64,000 nt of DNA from a bacterium (GTDB lineage Bacteria > Oederibacteriota > CAKKQC01). The notes under the pieces are model-generated. The model did no database searches and had not been told where the DNA came from. It saw only the letters and a list, made by a program, of their open reading frames with translations. Each line of letters opens with the position of its first letter. Positions within the stretch are counted from its first letter, which is position 1. Where the stretch lies: assembly GCA_919901855.1 (NCBI GenBank), contig CAKKQC010000010.1:43214-107213 (forward strand), written 5' to 3'. The translations under genes and the position numbers were made by a program. This document shows, piece after piece, positions 46,229-55,439 of this stretch.

Positions 46229-48046
46229 GTGGTTGACATCGTAATCGCGGCCCTGCTGGCCATCGGCACTTCGACAGCCGCGCCCGCGCCGGCCTCTCCG
46301 GTAACCGTCAAGCTGCTCTGCGACTCCGGCTCCATCAGGCTGGGTCAGCCGGTCTGGGTCGGGGTGGAGTTCCGGATGAAGCCCGGCTGGCACATCTACT
46401 GGCGCAATCCGGGCGATTCGGGAATGCCGACGTCCATCGCCTGGACGCTGCCGTCCGGATTCACGGTCGGCGAAATCCAGTGGCCGCGGCCCGAACGGAT
46501 GCTCGAGGGGACCCTGGTCACCTACGGGTACTCGGGCTCCGTCCTGTTGATGGCGCGCCTGACCACGCCAAGGGAGATGAAGTCCTTCACCGGGCTCCAC
46601 CTCGCCGCGTCCGCCTCGTGGCTCGCATGCAAGGACATGTGCATCCCGGGGAAGGCGGATGTCGTCCTCGATCTGCCCGCCGGAGACGGTCAACCGGGTC
46701 CGAATGCCGGGATCTTCGTCCGGACCCGCCGGCTCCTCCCCGCGCCCGGGGTCGCGCCGCCCGGCGCGTCGGCGGTCCCGCCGGGTTCCCCGGAGCCGCC
46801 GGGCGCCTCACCGGCCGGGGACGAGGACCTGGGGCTCGGGTTCTGGGGTGCCCTCCTGTTCGCGTTCCTGGGCGGCATGATCCTGAACCTGATGCCCTGC
46901 GTCTTCCCCGTGCTCTCGATCAAGGTCATCGGCTTCGTCCGCGAGTCTTCCCATCAGCCGCGTGAGGTGAAGGTGCACGGCCTGCTCTACGGCCTCGGCG
47001 TGGTCGTGTCGTTCTGGCTGCTCGCGTCGGGGCTCATCCTGCTCAGGGCCGGCGGGGAACGGCTCGGGTGGGGTTTCCAGCTCCAGTCGCCCACCGTGAT
47101 CCTGGGGCTGGCCGTCATCATGTTCCTGCTGTCGTTGAACCTGCTCGGCGTGTTCGAGGCGGGCACCTCCATCGCCCACACGACGGGGAAGTTCACGTGG
47201 ACCGAGGGCCGGGCCGGCGCCTTCTTCACCGGCGTCCTCGCCACGTTTCTCGCCACTCCCTGCACGGCGCCGTTCATGGGGACCGCGCTCGGGTACGCGA
47301 TGACCCGGCCGGTCCACGAGGGGCTGGCCGTCTTCACCGCGCTCGGAGTCGGCATGGCCGCCCCGTATATGGGCCTGTCGTTCGCGCCCCATCTCAGCCG
47401 GTACCTGCCCCGGCCCGGGCGGTGGATGGAGACCTTCAAGCAGGTCATGGCGTTCCCCCTGCTGGTCACGGTCATCTGGCTGCTCTGGGTTCTCGGCCTC
47501 CAGGCGGGGCTGGCCGCCGTCATCACTGCGCTGGGCTGTCTCCTTGTGTCCGGCGTGGCCGGCTGGCTCTACGGGCGTTGGCACACCAGGTTCATGCGGG
47601 TGGTGGTCGTCCTCCTGATCGCTGGCGGCGTGCTGGCTACCGTGGCGAGCATGCGGAACGCGGCCCCCATGGGAGCCCCGGCGGCCGCCGGCGAATGGGA
47701 ACCCTACACCCAGGGCCGGCTCGATGCGGCGTTGGCCAAGGGCGACCCCGTGTTCGTGGACTTCACGGCGGCGTGGTGCCTGACCTGCAAGGTCAACGAG
47801 ATGACGGCCCTCAATGTCCGCGACGTCATGGAAGCGTTCCGCCGGCACCGGGTCGTGCTCCTGAAGGCGGACTGGACCAATCCCAACCCGGACATCGAGC
47901 GCGCCCTGGCCGCGTCCGGCCGTACCGGGGTTCCCCTATACCTGCTCTACACGGGCGGACGTGGCTCCGCGCCGAAGGTGCTTCCGCAGATCCTGACGGC
48001 CCGGAAGGTCCTGGCCGAACTGGACGCCCTGCCCGCCCGCAACTGA
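46229..48046 (+). CDS. dsbD: Thiol:disulfide interchange protein DsbD
   Basis: N-terminal periplasmic domain, central CcdA-like TM domain with MPCVFPVLS Cys, C-terminal thioredoxin domain with WCLTC (CxxC). Confidence 0.8.
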   Translation: MVDIVIAALLAIGTSTAAPAPASPVTVKLLCDSGSIRLGQPVWVGVEFRMKPGWHIYWRNPGDSGMPTSIAWTLPSGFTVGEIQWPRPERMLEGTLVTYGYSGSVLLMARLTTPREMKSFTGLHLAASASWLACKDMCIPGKADVVLDLPAGDGQPGPNAGIFVRTRRLLPAPGVAPPGASAVPPGSPEPPGASPAGDEDLGLGFWGALLFAFLGGMILNLMPCVFPVLSIKVIGFVRESSHQPREVKVHGLLYGLGVVVSFWLLASGLILLRAGGERLGWGFQLQSPTVILGLAVIMFLLSLNLLGVFEAGTSIAHTTGKFTWTEGRAGAFFTGVLATFLATPCTAPFMGTALGYAMTRPVHEGLAVFTALGVGMAAPYMGLSFAPHLSRYLPRPGRWMETFKQVMAFPLLVTVIWLLWVLGLQAGLAAVITALGCLLVSGVAGWLYGRWHTRFMRVVVVLLIAGGVLATVASMRNAAPMGAPAAAGEWEPYTQGRLDAALAKGDPVFVDFTAAWCLTCKVNEMTALNVRDVMEAFRRHRVVLLKADWTNPNPDIERALAASGRTGVPLYLLYTGGRGSAPKVLPQILTARKVLAELDALPARN

Positions 48047-48109
48047 CGGGGAAGTCCGGCTGGCCTTATCCATGCCTCCGATCATGCTGTTCGATGTCTC
48101 CCGGTACGA

Positions 48110-49681
48110 ATGCGCAAGGCCAAGGGCGGGCCGGTGAACCGGCGGGCCCTGCTGGCGATCGCCGGGGTTGTGCTGGCGGTACACGCGTGGCTCGTGATCG
48201 ACAACCTCACGATGGATGGGGATACGTTGAGGCTCGCGGGCAGCACCGCCCGCCTGGCGTCGTTCCGGGAATCGCTCTCTTGGCTGGGCTCGAAAGTGGT
48301 GCTCTATGCCGTTCAGCCGCCCATTCTCTGGGCGACCGCCCGGGCGGGCGCGGTGGTGTATCCGGCGTGGAGCCCGCTTTCGGCGGCGCGGTTGATGACG
48401 ATTCTGGCCATCCTCGCGATCGCCGTGCTCCTGGCCATGCTGGCACGCGACGCGGGGGCCGGGCCGGTGGGCCAATGTGCGGCTTCACTCTTCCCGTTCT
48501 GCTGGCACGGATTATCGTTCCTGTCGGTCTCGTGCGACGACAACGTCGTTGCCGACGCGTTACGGCTTGCCGTCGTCCTGGCCGCGGTCCGGTGGCTCTC
48601 CCGACCGGCGGGACGCCGGCGCCACCTCGCGGTCGGAATCGCCCTCGGCACCGCGATGAGTTGGCATTTCCAGTCTGTTCTGCTCCTCCCCGCGATGGCG
48701 ATCGCGGGAGCGTGGAACTGGCGGCGAGAGGGAGCGACGCGACTGCGGGAGACGGTCGAGGCGCTGGCGATCGGAGTCGTCGCCTGGGCGGCATGGGTCG
48801 GCTTCTGTGCTGCCGCTGGTCGCGGACCCGCACCGTCGGTGGCGGCATTGGTGGGGGCGACCGCCGAGAGCCATCACGATACGAAACTGTGGTTCCTGAC
48901 CTCATCCCGGTCGGTCGTGGAGCAGGCGGCTGTCATCTGGGAAGGCTGGAGCCGTATGGTCCTCGGGTTCGAGTGGCTGAGGCCTGCGGGAGGATGGATC
49001 CCCGTCGTTGCGGCGATGGCGCTGGCCGTTACGGCGTTCGCGAGTTCGGCCGTCGCGCTTTCCGGAACCGTCTTCGGACGGGTACTGGCGCCGGTACTGG
49101 CGATCCAGATTGCACACTCTCTCCTGTATGAATCCGATAGTGTCGAGCGGTGGGATGTCCCGGCGATGCTATCGGGGCTTGTGGCGGTTGCCGCGGTCGC
49201 GAGGCTGAGGCGGTCCGGAGCGTTGGCCGAGGCACGCAGGCTGGGAATCGGCTGGGCCGGGTTGGCCCTACTCCTGGCCGCGTGTAACGTCACGGGATAT
49301 GTCAGGTTCAGCCGCAACGCGGAAGCGGTGTTCCTGGACGTCATCGACGGGCGGCGGAAGATCGAGGCGATGGGCGTGGATTGCGTCGGAGCGCACTGGA
49401 GGTTGTGTCGCGCCGCCCGGGCCTTCGCCCCTGAGATCGGGCCCTGGGACTCCTTCGGCCGGGTCATCCAGGGCAGGGCTCCCGATGAGTTTCACCAGTA
49501 TTGGGTCACCAACTGGTTCGTGAACTACCTCCTGATGTACGCGCCGGGATTCTTTGACCGGAAGGGCATGAGGTTGCTGTCGGTAAGCCTGGTTAGGCCA
49601 CCCCCGAGGGGATTGTGGAGGCTCGTGCGGCAGGAAGGCTTCATCTATCTGGTCGAGCCGGTCCGACCATCGCGTCCCTAG
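48110..49681 (+). CDS. Polytopic membrane protein, unknown function
   Basis: 523-aa ORF with ~10 hydrophobic helices; no recognised motif. Confidence 0.45.
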   Translation: MRKAKGGPVNRRALLAIAGVVLAVHAWLVIDNLTMDGDTLRLAGSTARLASFRESLSWLGSKVVLYAVQPPILWATARAGAVVYPAWSPLSAARLMTILAILAIAVLLAMLARDAGAGPVGQCAASLFPFCWHGLSFLSVSCDDNVVADALRLAVVLAAVRWLSRPAGRRRHLAVGIALGTAMSWHFQSVLLLPAMAIAGAWNWRREGATRLRETVEALAIGVVAWAAWVGFCAAAGRGPAPSVAALVGATAESHHDTKLWFLTSSRSVVEQAAVIWEGWSRMVLGFEWLRPAGGWIPVVAAMALAVTAFASSAVALSGTVFGRVLAPVLAIQIAHSLLYESDSVERWDVPAMLSGLVAVAAVARLRRSGALAEARRLGIGWAGLALLLAACNVTGYVRFSRNAEAVFLDVIDGRRKIEAMGVDCVGAHWRLCRAARAFAPEIGPWDSFGRVIQGRAPDEFHQYWVTNWFVNYLLMYAPGFFDRKGMRLLSVSLVRPPPRGLWRLVRQEGFIYLVEPVRPSRP

Positions 49682-49741
49682 CAGGGGCTCTGCAACCGGA
49701 GCCGGTTGCGCGGGGGAGTTCAGCAGGAGGAGGATGATGTC

Positions 49742-50644
49742 ATGAGGAAGACGCTCGGGGCAGTTGTGCGGTGGATCATGGTACTGGCCGGCGGGCTGGT
49801 GCCGGCGCTGGCCGGCGCCAAGGCGTCGTCGAAGCCCGCGTCCCTGGCCGTCCGGCCCGCCTGCGGGGTGACCGGGTACGTGGTCGCCCTCGAGTACGTG
49901 TTCGGGACGCGCGGCAACGTCAGGAATATCGACGACCTCAACCGGCTATTCATGCACGACGCTCCCTGGGGGAGGATCAACCTCGAGCTCCAGTCGTATC
50001 CGCCCTTCAACCCCCGGAATCACGTGTTCGAGAAGGACTGCCTGGCGCTCACGGGAGTGCACGACGGCAGCACGAACTACACCGAGTTCGGCCACATCAC
50101 GAGCGGCGCCATCCTCTCGAAGGCCACGTGCATGGCGCCCTGCATCGTCGAGTTCGTCGCGAAGCTGCCGGCCGGCCGCGGCGTCTGGCCGGCCCTCTGG
50201 CTGTACGACAACCACTCCGGCCGGCACGACTCCTCCGAGATCGACGTCATGGAGAGCCAGAACAACCCGCCGAAGATCGACCGGTCCATGATCTTCCAGT
50301 TCGACCACGGGCCGGGCGCGGGCGAGGTCCTGTCCGACCCGGGCGGGTTCGGGAAGGACGGCTTCTGGCGGCCGTACGGCGCCATGCCGGGCGGCGACAT
50401 GTCCACGCGGTTCGCGGCCTACTCCGTCCACTGGCTGCCCGACCGGACGGTCCGGTACGTGGACGACCGGGAGGGGATCACGCGCGCGTTCCGGTGGACC
50501 GGCCCGGAGGCGCCCAACCTCATTGTCTACAACTCCATCAGTTCGGAGAAGAACGACTGGACGGGCCCGGTGCTCCCCGAAAGTTTCGCCCGCGACAACT
50601 CCGTCTTTCGCATCAAGTCGATCCGGGTCTTCGTCCCGCGCTAG
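49742..50644 (+). CDS. Glycoside hydrolase family 16 (laminarinase/beta-glucanase-like), secreted
   Basis: Signal peptide; GH16 catalytic motif EIDVME; ~300 aa beta-jelly-roll size. Confidence 0.8.
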   Translation: MRKTLGAVVRWIMVLAGGLVPALAGAKASSKPASLAVRPACGVTGYVVALEYVFGTRGNVRNIDDLNRLFMHDAPWGRINLELQSYPPFNPRNHVFEKDCLALTGVHDGSTNYTEFGHITSGAILSKATCMAPCIVEFVAKLPAGRGVWPALWLYDNHSGRHDSSEIDVMESQNNPPKIDRSMIFQFDHGPGAGEVLSDPGGFGKDGFWRPYGAMPGGDMSTRFAAYSVHWLPDRTVRYVDDREGITRAFRWTGPEAPNLIVYNSISSEKNDWTGPVLPESFARDNSVFRIKSIRVFVPR

Positions 50645-50668
50645 GCGGCGGACTCGAAGTCTTATCCG
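50643..50668 (+). other. tRNA-Ser anticodon-arm fragment (possible attachment-site remnant)
   Basis: AGGCGGCGGACTCGAA (50643-50658) identical to 53613-53628 of the intact tRNA-Ser; followed after a 5-nt insertion by ATCCG, also as in the tRNA. Confidence 0.4.
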
Positions 50669-50850
50669 ACCCTTTTCGACGATGGCGGCCAGATCAGGTA
50701 ATCCTTAGGGTGAATGAGGAGCGGGCCTTTCGCGAGCGATGCGAGGAGTGCGAAGGGAAATGAGTTGAACCCCAGCCGATGCTGGGACGGCGTCATGCGT
50801 CCTGTGATCCCGCCCGCCCGCTGATCCGAGTCTCGGTACGGACGGCCGCT

Positions 50851-50885
50851 CCGAGAGATCTGAAGTTTGACTTTAAATCTCTCGG
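50851..50885. repeat. AT-rich hairpin: 9-bp inverted repeat CCGAGAGAT/ATCTCTCGG with 17-nt loop
   Basis: Perfect 9-bp arms at 50851-50859 and 50877-50885; loop TCTGAAGTTTGACTTTAA is AT-rich in a ~70% GC genome; 17 nt upstream of the ATPase start. Confidence 0.5.
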
Positions 50886-50901
50886 GCGCTACTATTGACC
50901 A

Positions 50902-52134
50902 GTGCGATACTTGCGCCGGGCTGCCGAAGGGGTATTACGCAAGACTGCCCGGAGCTTCCCTGCCATCATGCTCACGGGCCCCCGGCAGTCCGGGAAGACC
51001 ACTCTCCTCAGGCACGCGTTCGCCCGGTCGCACCGGTTCGTGTCGCTAGAGGACCTGGACGTGCGCTCGCTCGCGCTGGCCGATCCACGCGAGTTTCTCC
51101 GGCACCACGCCCCCCCGCTCGTGCTCGACGAGGTCCAGTACGCGCCCGGCCTGCTCAGCTACATCAAGACGGCGATTGATGAACACCGGAAGCCGGGGCA
51201 GTGGTTGATGACCGGCTCACAGGCGTTTCCCCTGATGCAGAACGTCGGGCAGTCGCTGGCAGGCCGGGTGGCGGTCATGGCGCTGATGCCCCTGTCATAC
51301 CAGGAGTACGCCCGGGTGGCGGGACGCGCGGGCACCGTGGGAGCCGTGGTTTCCCGGCTTTTCCGGGCAAAGGGCGCGACAGCCGCTATCGCAGGGGCGC
51401 CCCGGTGTTCGCTCGGAAGCTGGCTCTTGCGCGGGGGATATCCGGAGCCGAGGTTGAAAGCGGGAATGGACATCTCGAAGTGGTGTGCGGGGTACGTGCA
51501 GACCTACCTCGAACGCGACGTACGAACGCTGGTGCAGGTGGGGGACCTGAACGCATTCGGAAGGTTCTTGGCATTGTGCGCCGCGCGGACCGCGCAGATT
51601 CTCAACCTTTCGGAGCTCGCGCGTGACGCCGGCATCAGCGTTCCTACGGCGAAGAAGTGGCTTTCGGTTCTCGAGGCGAGCTACACGGTATTCCTGGTCC
51701 AGCCCTATTACCGGAGCATCGGGAAGCGACTCATCAAGGCGCCGAAGATGTACTTCGCGGACACCGCACTGGTCTCGTACCTGTGCGGATTCCGGAGCGA
51801 AGAGACGGTCTTGAAGGGGCCGATGCGCGGGGCGATCATGGAGACCGCCGTGGTCTCGGCGTGCTACAAGGCCTACGCGAACATGGGAGAGAAGCCCGGT
51901 CTGTTCTACTGGCGGACGTGGGACGGGGAGGAGGTAGATCTCTTGTTGGAATGGGATGGAGGCCTCTTCCCGATCGAGGTCAAGGCGACAGCCACGGTGA
52001 CGGCGGAGGACGGGAAGACCGTGGCGGCATGGGTGGAACGCGCCGGAGGAGGCAGCGGGATCGTCGTGGCTGATATCCCGAGTGCCATTCCGCTCAGGCC
52101 GAATGTCACAGCTGTTCCATGGCACTGGTTGTAG
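50902..52134 (+). CDS. AAA-family ATP-binding protein (AAA_14/DUF4143-type)
   Basis: Walker A GPRQSGKTT, Walker B LVLDEVQ; C-terminal region of DUF4143-type ATPases; GTG start. Confidence 0.75.
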   Translation: MRYLRRAAEGVLRKTARSFPAIMLTGPRQSGKTTLLRHAFARSHRFVSLEDLDVRSLALADPREFLRHHAPPLVLDEVQYAPGLLSYIKTAIDEHRKPGQWLMTGSQAFPLMQNVGQSLAGRVAVMALMPLSYQEYARVAGRAGTVGAVVSRLFRAKGATAAIAGAPRCSLGSWLLRGGYPEPRLKAGMDISKWCAGYVQTYLERDVRTLVQVGDLNAFGRFLALCAARTAQILNLSELARDAGISVPTAKKWLSVLEASYTVFLVQPYYRSIGKRLIKAPKMYFADTALVSYLCGFRSEETVLKGPMRGAIMETAVVSACYKAYANMGEKPGLFYWRTWDGEEVDLLLEWDGGLFPIEVKATATVTAEDGKTVAAWVERAGGGSGIVVADIPSAIPLRPNVTAVPWHWL

Positions 52135-52178
52135 CCTGACCGCGCTAGCTCCCTGCGAGGTGGCGCCGCGGCGACCGG

Positions 52179-53429
52179 CTATTCCAACACTGTCAGGGCG
52201 GTCCGCGCCGGCGCAATGTAGGCGCGGGGCCCGTTCGCGTTCGGCGTTCCCTCCCGGTCGGACCAGCGCGCCGCGACCTCGATCGTGTAGCGGCCCGGGG
52301 GCGCCGGGTGCGAGGTGCCAAGGCGCGGCCGGATGTGGCCGTCCCAGCCCGCAGAGAGCTTCGCGTCGTGCCCGGGCCCGATCCGGGTCCCGAGGAGGCC
52401 CCCGCTCGGGCAGCCCATCGCGTCCCGGTCGTCCACGCGCACGCGCGTGCCGCGCGGGTCGCGCACGATCAGGTCCCACGACCCCGTGCAGATCAGCGAG
52501 GGATTGGTCCAGACGGGCCCGGAACTCCGGTTGGCCAGCCGGAGGGTGAAGACCGCCCGGTCGCCGGGGCGCAGCCGCGGGCGGTCCGCCTCGAGCACGA
52601 GCTCCACGCCGACTGGGCCGGCGGGCGGCGTGTCGTCGCGGCCGGACGCGAGCACGCGGCGCGTCCATTCCGCCTGGTCGAAGGCGCCCGGGGGGAACTC
52701 CTCCTGCTCCACGACCCGCCCCCCGGCGTCCACGACGTAGCGCGCGCCCAGGATCGCGGCGAACGACACGCCCCGCTCCGGGGGCGTCGGCGCGTACTTC
52801 ACGTTTCCGCGGGGCTCGCGCGCGGCGGACTTGATCCAGAATCCCGCCTGCCGCTTGTACGCGAAGAAGACCTCCAGCCGCCTCGCGTTCGGGAGCCACG
52901 CCGGCCGGTAGATCACGAGGTCGTAGGCCGGCAGGTCGCGCAGGATCCTGCCGCCCGGCCGGGCGCGCAGACGCTCGCGGGCCCGCCGAAACTCCCCGTC
53001 GACCGCCGCGCGCTGCGCGATCCGGAGGGCGTCGAACCGGTCGCGCAGCTCCCGCAGCTTGCCGGCCAGCGTCCAGGGAATCTCCGGGAGGCCGTCGAGG
53101 ATCCGCAGCGAGCGCACGGCGAGGTGCGGGCCGCGCACCGGCTCTCCGCCGAGCTCGACGAGATGGACCGGTTCCGTCACCCCGAACGTGCGCGCCGCGG
53201 CGGGCTCAGCCTGGGACGACCCGGCCGGGGCGAAGGCCGGAACGTACACCCTGCCTCCCGCCAGCAGGCGGTACTTCTCCTGCCGCTCGGACCTCGCCCA
53301 CTCCCAGGAGAACCCGGGTTCGAAGTACACGCCCCACGGATGCTCGTCCGGCAGCACGAGCACGCCCGTGAGCGACTCCGGCGCCGCCGCGGCGGACGCC
53401 GCGACCAGGAGGGCGGCGAGCAGGTGCAT
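52179..53429 (-). CDS. Hypothetical secreted protein
   Basis: Signal peptide MHLLAALLVAASAAAAP; 416 aa; no recognised motif. Confidence 0.45.
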   Translation of the reverse strand: MHLLAALLVAASAAAAPESLTGVLVLPDEHPWGVYFEPGFSWEWARSERQEKYRLLAGGRVYVPAFAPAGSSQAEPAAARTFGVTEPVHLVELGGEPVRGPHLAVRSLRILDGLPEIPWTLAGKLRELRDRFDALRIAQRAAVDGEFRRARERLRARPGGRILRDLPAYDLVIYRPAWLPNARRLEVFFAYKRQAGFWIKSAAREPRGNVKYAPTPPERGVSFAAILGARYVVDAGGRVVEQEEFPPGAFDQAEWTRRVLASGRDDTPPAGPVGVELVLEADRPRLRPGDRAVFTLRLANRSSGPVWTNPSLICTGSWDLIVRDPRGTRVRVDDRDAMGCPSGGLLGTRIGPGHDAKLSAGWDGHIRPRLGTSHPAPPGRYTIEVAARWSDREGTPNANGPRAYIAPARTALTVLE

Positions 53430-53574
53430 ACGGATGCTTATACCACCATCGGCTTGCTCGGAATGATCTCGGAATGGAAGCGATGATTCAGCTCAACGTC
53501 GCCTCAGGGAAAGCGGTGAGACTCTCTGGACACCCCACAGGGGTCTTCTTGAGGCAGACGGCGGCCAGAAAGCG

Positions 53575-53583
53575 GTGTAAAAT
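53575..53583 (+). promoter_or_regulatory. Candidate -10 element (TG-TAAAAT) for tRNA-Ser
   Basis: TAAAAT at 53578-53583 preceded by TG, 7 nt upstream of the tRNA 5' end. Confidence 0.3.
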
Positions 53584-53590
53584 CCATAGC

Positions 53591-53677
53591 GGAGAGGTGG
53601 CCGAGCGGCCGAAGGCGGCGGACTCGAAATCCGCTAGGGGGGAAACTTCCTCGGGGGTTCAAATCCCCCCCTCTCCG
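53591..53677 (+). tRNA. tRNA-Ser (anticodon CGA)
   Basis: 87-nt class II tRNA: acceptor GGAGAGG/CCTCTCC, anticodon stem GCGGA/TCCGC with loop CTCGAAA, long variable arm, T-arm GGGGG-TTCAAAT-CCCCC. Confidence 0.9.
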
Positions 53678-53699
53678 GATTCATGACCGGGAGGGGCTC

Positions 53700-55439
53700 A
53701 TGCGCGCATTCACCATGGTCATCGCCGTGGGGCTCATCGTGAGCGCTCGGGCGGCGGACTCGGCGGAACTGGTCAAGGGCTGGAAGTTCGCCCTCGGGGA
53801 CGGGCCGGAGCGGGCGGCCACGGGGTTCGACGACTCGGGCTGGAAGCCCATAGAGGCGGGCAAGCCCTGGGAGCAGGCTGGGTATCCCGATTACGACGGC
53901 TACGCCTGGTACCGGATCAGGGTCCGCGTGCCGGCGGCGTGGAGGAACTCCGAAGCATACCGGGTGAAAAGGGCCCTCCTGCTGTCGCTGGGGCCGATCG
54001 ACGACTGCGATCAGACCTTCTTCAACGGAGAGCTCGTGGGCGGGACCGGCAGGATGCCGCCCGAATACGCCTCGGCCTACAATGTCCCGCGCCGGTACGA
54101 GATCGCGGAAAGCCAAGTGAACTGGGACGGCGACAACGTGATCGCGGTCCGGGTCTACGACGGCGGGGGAGCCGGTGGGTTGGTGGGGGGACCACTGGCC
54201 CTGCGCGCGCCCGCGGCGTCCGATTACATCGAGCTGGCCTTCGGGCTGGGGTCGGGCGACGGTTCGTTCCCGGCGGGGAAGCCGATGGAGATCTCGGTCG
54301 AGCTCAGGAACTCTTACGTGAAGGCGGTCGGAGGGAGACTCGCGGTCCGCGTGACGACCGACGACGGGAAGCCGGTCAGGGACTTCGCGGGAGAGCTGAA
54401 GGTTTTGAGAGGCGGGAAGGGGAAGAAGGCGTTCAGCTTCGATCCGCCCGCGCCCGGCATCTACCGCGTGTCCGCGTCGCTCGCCCTCGGCGGGGGGCTC
54501 GAGCCCGTGGAGAAATCGATGAACCTGGGCTACGCGATCACGGCCATCGACGATCCGCTGACGCGCCAGCCGGACTTCCTCGACTTCTGGGAGCGGACGC
54601 TGAAAGAGTTGGCCGCGGTGCCGCCCCAATACAAGGTCACGAAGAGCGGCAAGGATTCGACAGCCGAGGTGGACGTCTTCCTGGTCGAGATGCGCAGCCT
54701 GGGGAACGCCCGGGTGCGCGGGTGGCTCTCGGTGCCCAGGAAGGGCGGGCCGTTCCCGGCAGTGCTCATGGTGCCCGGGCACAGCGCGAACCAGACGCCG
54801 TTCGTGTGGTTCACGGACATGATCGTCTTCTCGTTCAACATCCGGGGGCACGGGAACTCGCAGGACGACGTGAATCCGGGGTTCCCCGGGTACCTGACTT
54901 ACGGACTCGAGAGCCCGGACACCTTCATCTACCGCGGCGCGTACGCCGACTGCGTGCGGGCGGTGGACTACCTCGCGTCGCGGCCGGACGTGGACCCCCG
55001 GCGCATCGGGGTCGAGGGCGGCAGCCAGGGCGGGGCGCTAACGTTCGCGACCGCGGCCCTGGACCGCCGGGTAGCCCTGGCGGCACCGGACGTGCCGTTC
55101 CTGTCCGACTTCGAGAAGTACGTGGACCTCAGCGAATGGCTCGGCAACGAGTGGCGGGGGTTCGCGCGCGACAAGCGGATGACGTTCCCCGACGTCCTCC
55201 GGGTCCTTAGCTACTTCGACATCAAGAACTTCGCGCCCTTGATCACGTGCCCGCTGTTCATGGGCGCCGGGCTCCAGGACCCCACGTGCCCGCCGCGAAT
55301 CAACTTCGCGGCCTACAACCAGGTGACCTCGAAGAAGGATTACCGCCTCTACCCCTTCGGCGACCATGGCGGCGGCGGGGACGTCCACTGGAAGCTCAAG
55401 CACGAGTGGATGCGGCGGCAGTTCGGCCTCGCGCAGTAG
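53700..55439 (+). CDS. Acetylxylan esterase/cephalosporin-C deacetylase family (CE7) with N-terminal beta-sandwich domain, secreted
   Basis: RBS GGGAGGGG; signal peptide; GGSQGG nucleophile motif; C-terminal His region; N-terminal galactose-binding-like domain. Confidence 0.8.
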   Translation: MRAFTMVIAVGLIVSARAADSAELVKGWKFALGDGPERAATGFDDSGWKPIEAGKPWEQAGYPDYDGYAWYRIRVRVPAAWRNSEAYRVKRALLLSLGPIDDCDQTFFNGELVGGTGRMPPEYASAYNVPRRYEIAESQVNWDGDNVIAVRVYDGGGAGGLVGGPLALRAPAASDYIELAFGLGSGDGSFPAGKPMEISVELRNSYVKAVGGRLAVRVTTDDGKPVRDFAGELKVLRGGKGKKAFSFDPPAPGIYRVSASLALGGGLEPVEKSMNLGYAITAIDDPLTRQPDFLDFWERTLKELAAVPPQYKVTKSGKDSTAEVDVFLVEMRSLGNARVRGWLSVPRKGGPFPAVLMVPGHSANQTPFVWFTDMIVFSFNIRGHGNSQDDVNPGFPGYLTYGLESPDTFIYRGAYADCVRAVDYLASRPDVDPRRIGVEGGSQGGALTFATAALDRRVALAAPDVPFLSDFEKYVDLSEWLGNEWRGFARDKRMTFPDVLRVLSYFDIKNFAPLITCPLFMGAGLQDPTCPPRINFAAYNQVTSKKDYRLYPFGDHGGGGDVHWKLKHEWMRRQFGLAQ

